Origin: Promethearchaeota archaeon
Lineage (GTDB): Archaea; Asgardarchaeota; Lokiarchaeia; Sigyniarchaeales; SOKP01
DNA length: 64,000 nt
Reading direction: 5' to 3'
Assembly (NCBI GenBank): GCA_016839555.1
Contig: JAEOUA010000006.1
Location: 256,001-320,000, forward strand
Numbering within the stretch: position 1 is the stretch's first letter; each line of letters starts with the position of its first letter. Below are positions 62,299 to 64,000 of the stretch, piece after piece. The notes beneath the pieces were generated by a model, which searched no databases, was not told the origin of the DNA, and saw nothing but the letters and a program-made list of their open reading frames with translations. Both the position numbers and the translations under genes were made by a program.

Positions 62299-62862
62299 AT
62301 GTTAAAAATTAAAACTCCGCAAGAAATTTTTGGAACGATCATTTATGTGTTAGTTGTAATTGCATGTATTATTACAATCACTGGTATTGTTTGGACGATT
62401 TTAGATATTATAATACCTGTAGGAAAAACATCGCTCTTTTTAAGTTTGAATTTAGGATTTCAAATAGCCATTATTGCTTCAGTTCTTGCAGCACTTTTAT
62501 TTATTATTATCTTATTTTATAGTTTATTTCAAAAAGGGCGTAAGGTAATCATTGAAATGATTTTTAAGAAAAAATTTATCCCAGCGGAATATAAAAACAG
62601 GACTGGGATAAAAATTGCTACAGGAGCAGTTATAATATGTATTTTCGCAGTAATTGTGGGGATTATTTATTCATTAATTTTGGAATTAACAGCAGATACA
62701 TCCTCATCTAAAATTCTTATAAACTTATCGGGAGGAGAAATTGTATTATTTATGGGAATATCTCTCTTTTTCTTGGATGCGTTATTTATATTTTTGATTT
62801 TATTATGGACTAATGGCTATTATTATATCCTCAGATTAGTTACAAATTTAGAAAAACAATAA
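62299..62862 (+). CDS. 4-TM membrane protein
   Basis: Four hydrophobic helices. Confidence 0.7.
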   Translation: MLKIKTPQEIFGTIIYVLVVIACIITITGIVWTILDIIIPVGKTSLFLSLNLGFQIAIIASVLAALLFIIILFYSLFQKGRKVIIEMIFKKKFIPAEYKNRTGIKIATGAVIICIFAVIVGIIYSLILELTADTSSSKILINLSGGEIVLFMGISLFFLDALFIFLILLWTNGYYYILRLVTNLEKQ

Positions 62863-62943
62863 AATTAATTTTTTTCTCTTTTGCACTATTTATAGACCAA
62901 ATTATTATAATAAAAAATAAAAGATGAATTTAAGATATTTTGA

Positions 62944-64000
62944 TTATCCAACAACCTTTCTAAATACCCTCAGAAAGTTATCACCAGCGATTTTTTGTAT
63001 ATCTTCATCAGAATAACCCCGATTTATTAATCCTTCAATTAAATTAGGAAATTTCGCATAATTTTCGAAACCTTTCATTTTGGTTAAGAAACTTGCTTTA
63101 TGTTCGGGACGAAAACCTAATATTTCTATGAATTCACCAATCTTTATTGCCAAATTATCGGGAACAGAAAAACCATAATAATCAGTGCCAATTCCGACGT
63201 AATCAATCCCAACAAGATTTGCAATGTAATCAATATGGTTTAACCAATGGTCTATTGTTATTTCGGCATCATCTCCAATAAAACCCGGTACCGTCAACAC
63301 ACCAATATAACCGCCCTTATCTGCTATATTTTTTATAATTTCATCCGTTTTCCCTCGATCATGTTCATATAGCTCTTTAGCAAAGGTATGAGAGGCTATT
63401 ACTGGATATTCGGACATTTCTATGGCGTCAAGAGTAGTTTGAATGCCGCAATGAGATACATCCACAATTGCTCCTAACTCATTCATTTTCTTTACTACAT
63501 CATTTCCAAATTCAGTTAAACCTCTATCTCTTCTTGCTGTACACCCTGTACCTACGGGATTTTTTGTATTATAAGTTAATTGCATCACTCTGACTCCCTG
63601 CATATAATATAATTTCACTAAATCAATATCTTCTCCAATATGTTGCATACTCTGAAAGTTTAAGATAATAGCTTTTTTTCCTTCTTTCTTTGCAGATATA
63701 ATATCATCAGATTTTAACACTTTCACGAGAAAATCACTTCTATGATCAAAAAGATAGGTCATAAATGAAAAGTTGTGAAAAACTCCTTCAAATGAATAAG
63801 GACTGGAATATAAAGGTCCAACAGTCCAACTCACACAATCAACATTTGATTTTTCCCAAGAATCTTTATAAATTTTATAGTAATCATTATCTAAAACCAC
63901 ATTTTCAGCAAATTTTATAACTATTTTAGGAATGATATCCCATGGATTCACACCCTCGGCAATCATATTATCAGAATACTTCACTAAATCCTCAGTCCAT
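62944..64000 (-). CDS. Membrane dipeptidase family (peptidase M19), 5' end outside the window
   Basis: MQLTYN, GLTEFG, VDVSH, ASH, HIDY, VGIGTD, GDNFLRV; frame stays open to the window edge. Confidence 0.9.
   Translation of the reverse strand, partial: WTEDLVKYSDNMIAEGVNPWDIIPKIVIKFAENVVLDNDYYKIYKDSWEKSNVDCVSWTVGPLYSSPYSFEGVFHNFSFMTYLFDHRSDFLVKVLKSDDIISAKKEGKKAIILNFQSMQHIGEDIDLVKLYYMQGVRVMQLTYNTKNPVGTGCTARRDRGLTEFGNDVVKKMNELGAIVDVSHCGIQTTLDAIEMSEYPVIASHTFAKELYEHDRGKTDEIIKNIADKGGYIGVLTVPGFIGDDAEITIDHWLNHIDYIANLVGIDYVGIGTDYYGFSVPDNLAIKIGEFIEILGFRPEHKASFLTKMKGFENYAKFPNLIEGLINRGYSDEDIQKIAGDNFLRVFRKVVG

Overview
AT-rich archaeal chromosome segment, very probably an Asgard archaeon of the Lokiarchaeia (inferred from archaeal TFB, proteasome alpha, RFC, AlaRS, DTD2, EndoQ, MptA and CofG/H together with Arf-like and Rab-like small GTPases and a Loki-CTERM-like surface protein). 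Contents in order: aldehyde:ferredoxin oxidoreductase, pyruvate kinase, a bacterial-type grpE-dnaK-dnaJ-clpB operon ending in a TFB paralog, a P-type ATPase, a kaiB-kaiC pair, a three-gene RFC operon, a CdrS-like regulator, psmA, a Rab-like GTPase, Sir2, three Lrp/AsnC paralogs around a 7-blade FG-GAP protein, dtdA, alaS, ftsZ, EndoQ, and a pterin/flavin/F420 cluster interrupted by an aconitase-X pair. I saw no rRNA, tRNA, CRISPR array or transposase. Highlights from reading beyond the ORF track: (1) three genes appear to start at ATT/ATA codons exactly 6 nt after a GGTGA Shine-Dalgarno; (2) one of these is a hidden Rab-like pseudoGTPase fused to a Zn finger; (3) a KaiA-less kaiBC timer-like module; (4) an RFC with a eukaryote-like large subunit and an ATPase-degenerate small subunit; (5) a paralogous micro-protein pair 52 kb apart, each with candidate structured RNA upstream; (6) a decayed duplicate of the cofG 3' end marking the acnX insertion. 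All calls are by eye; no searches were run.
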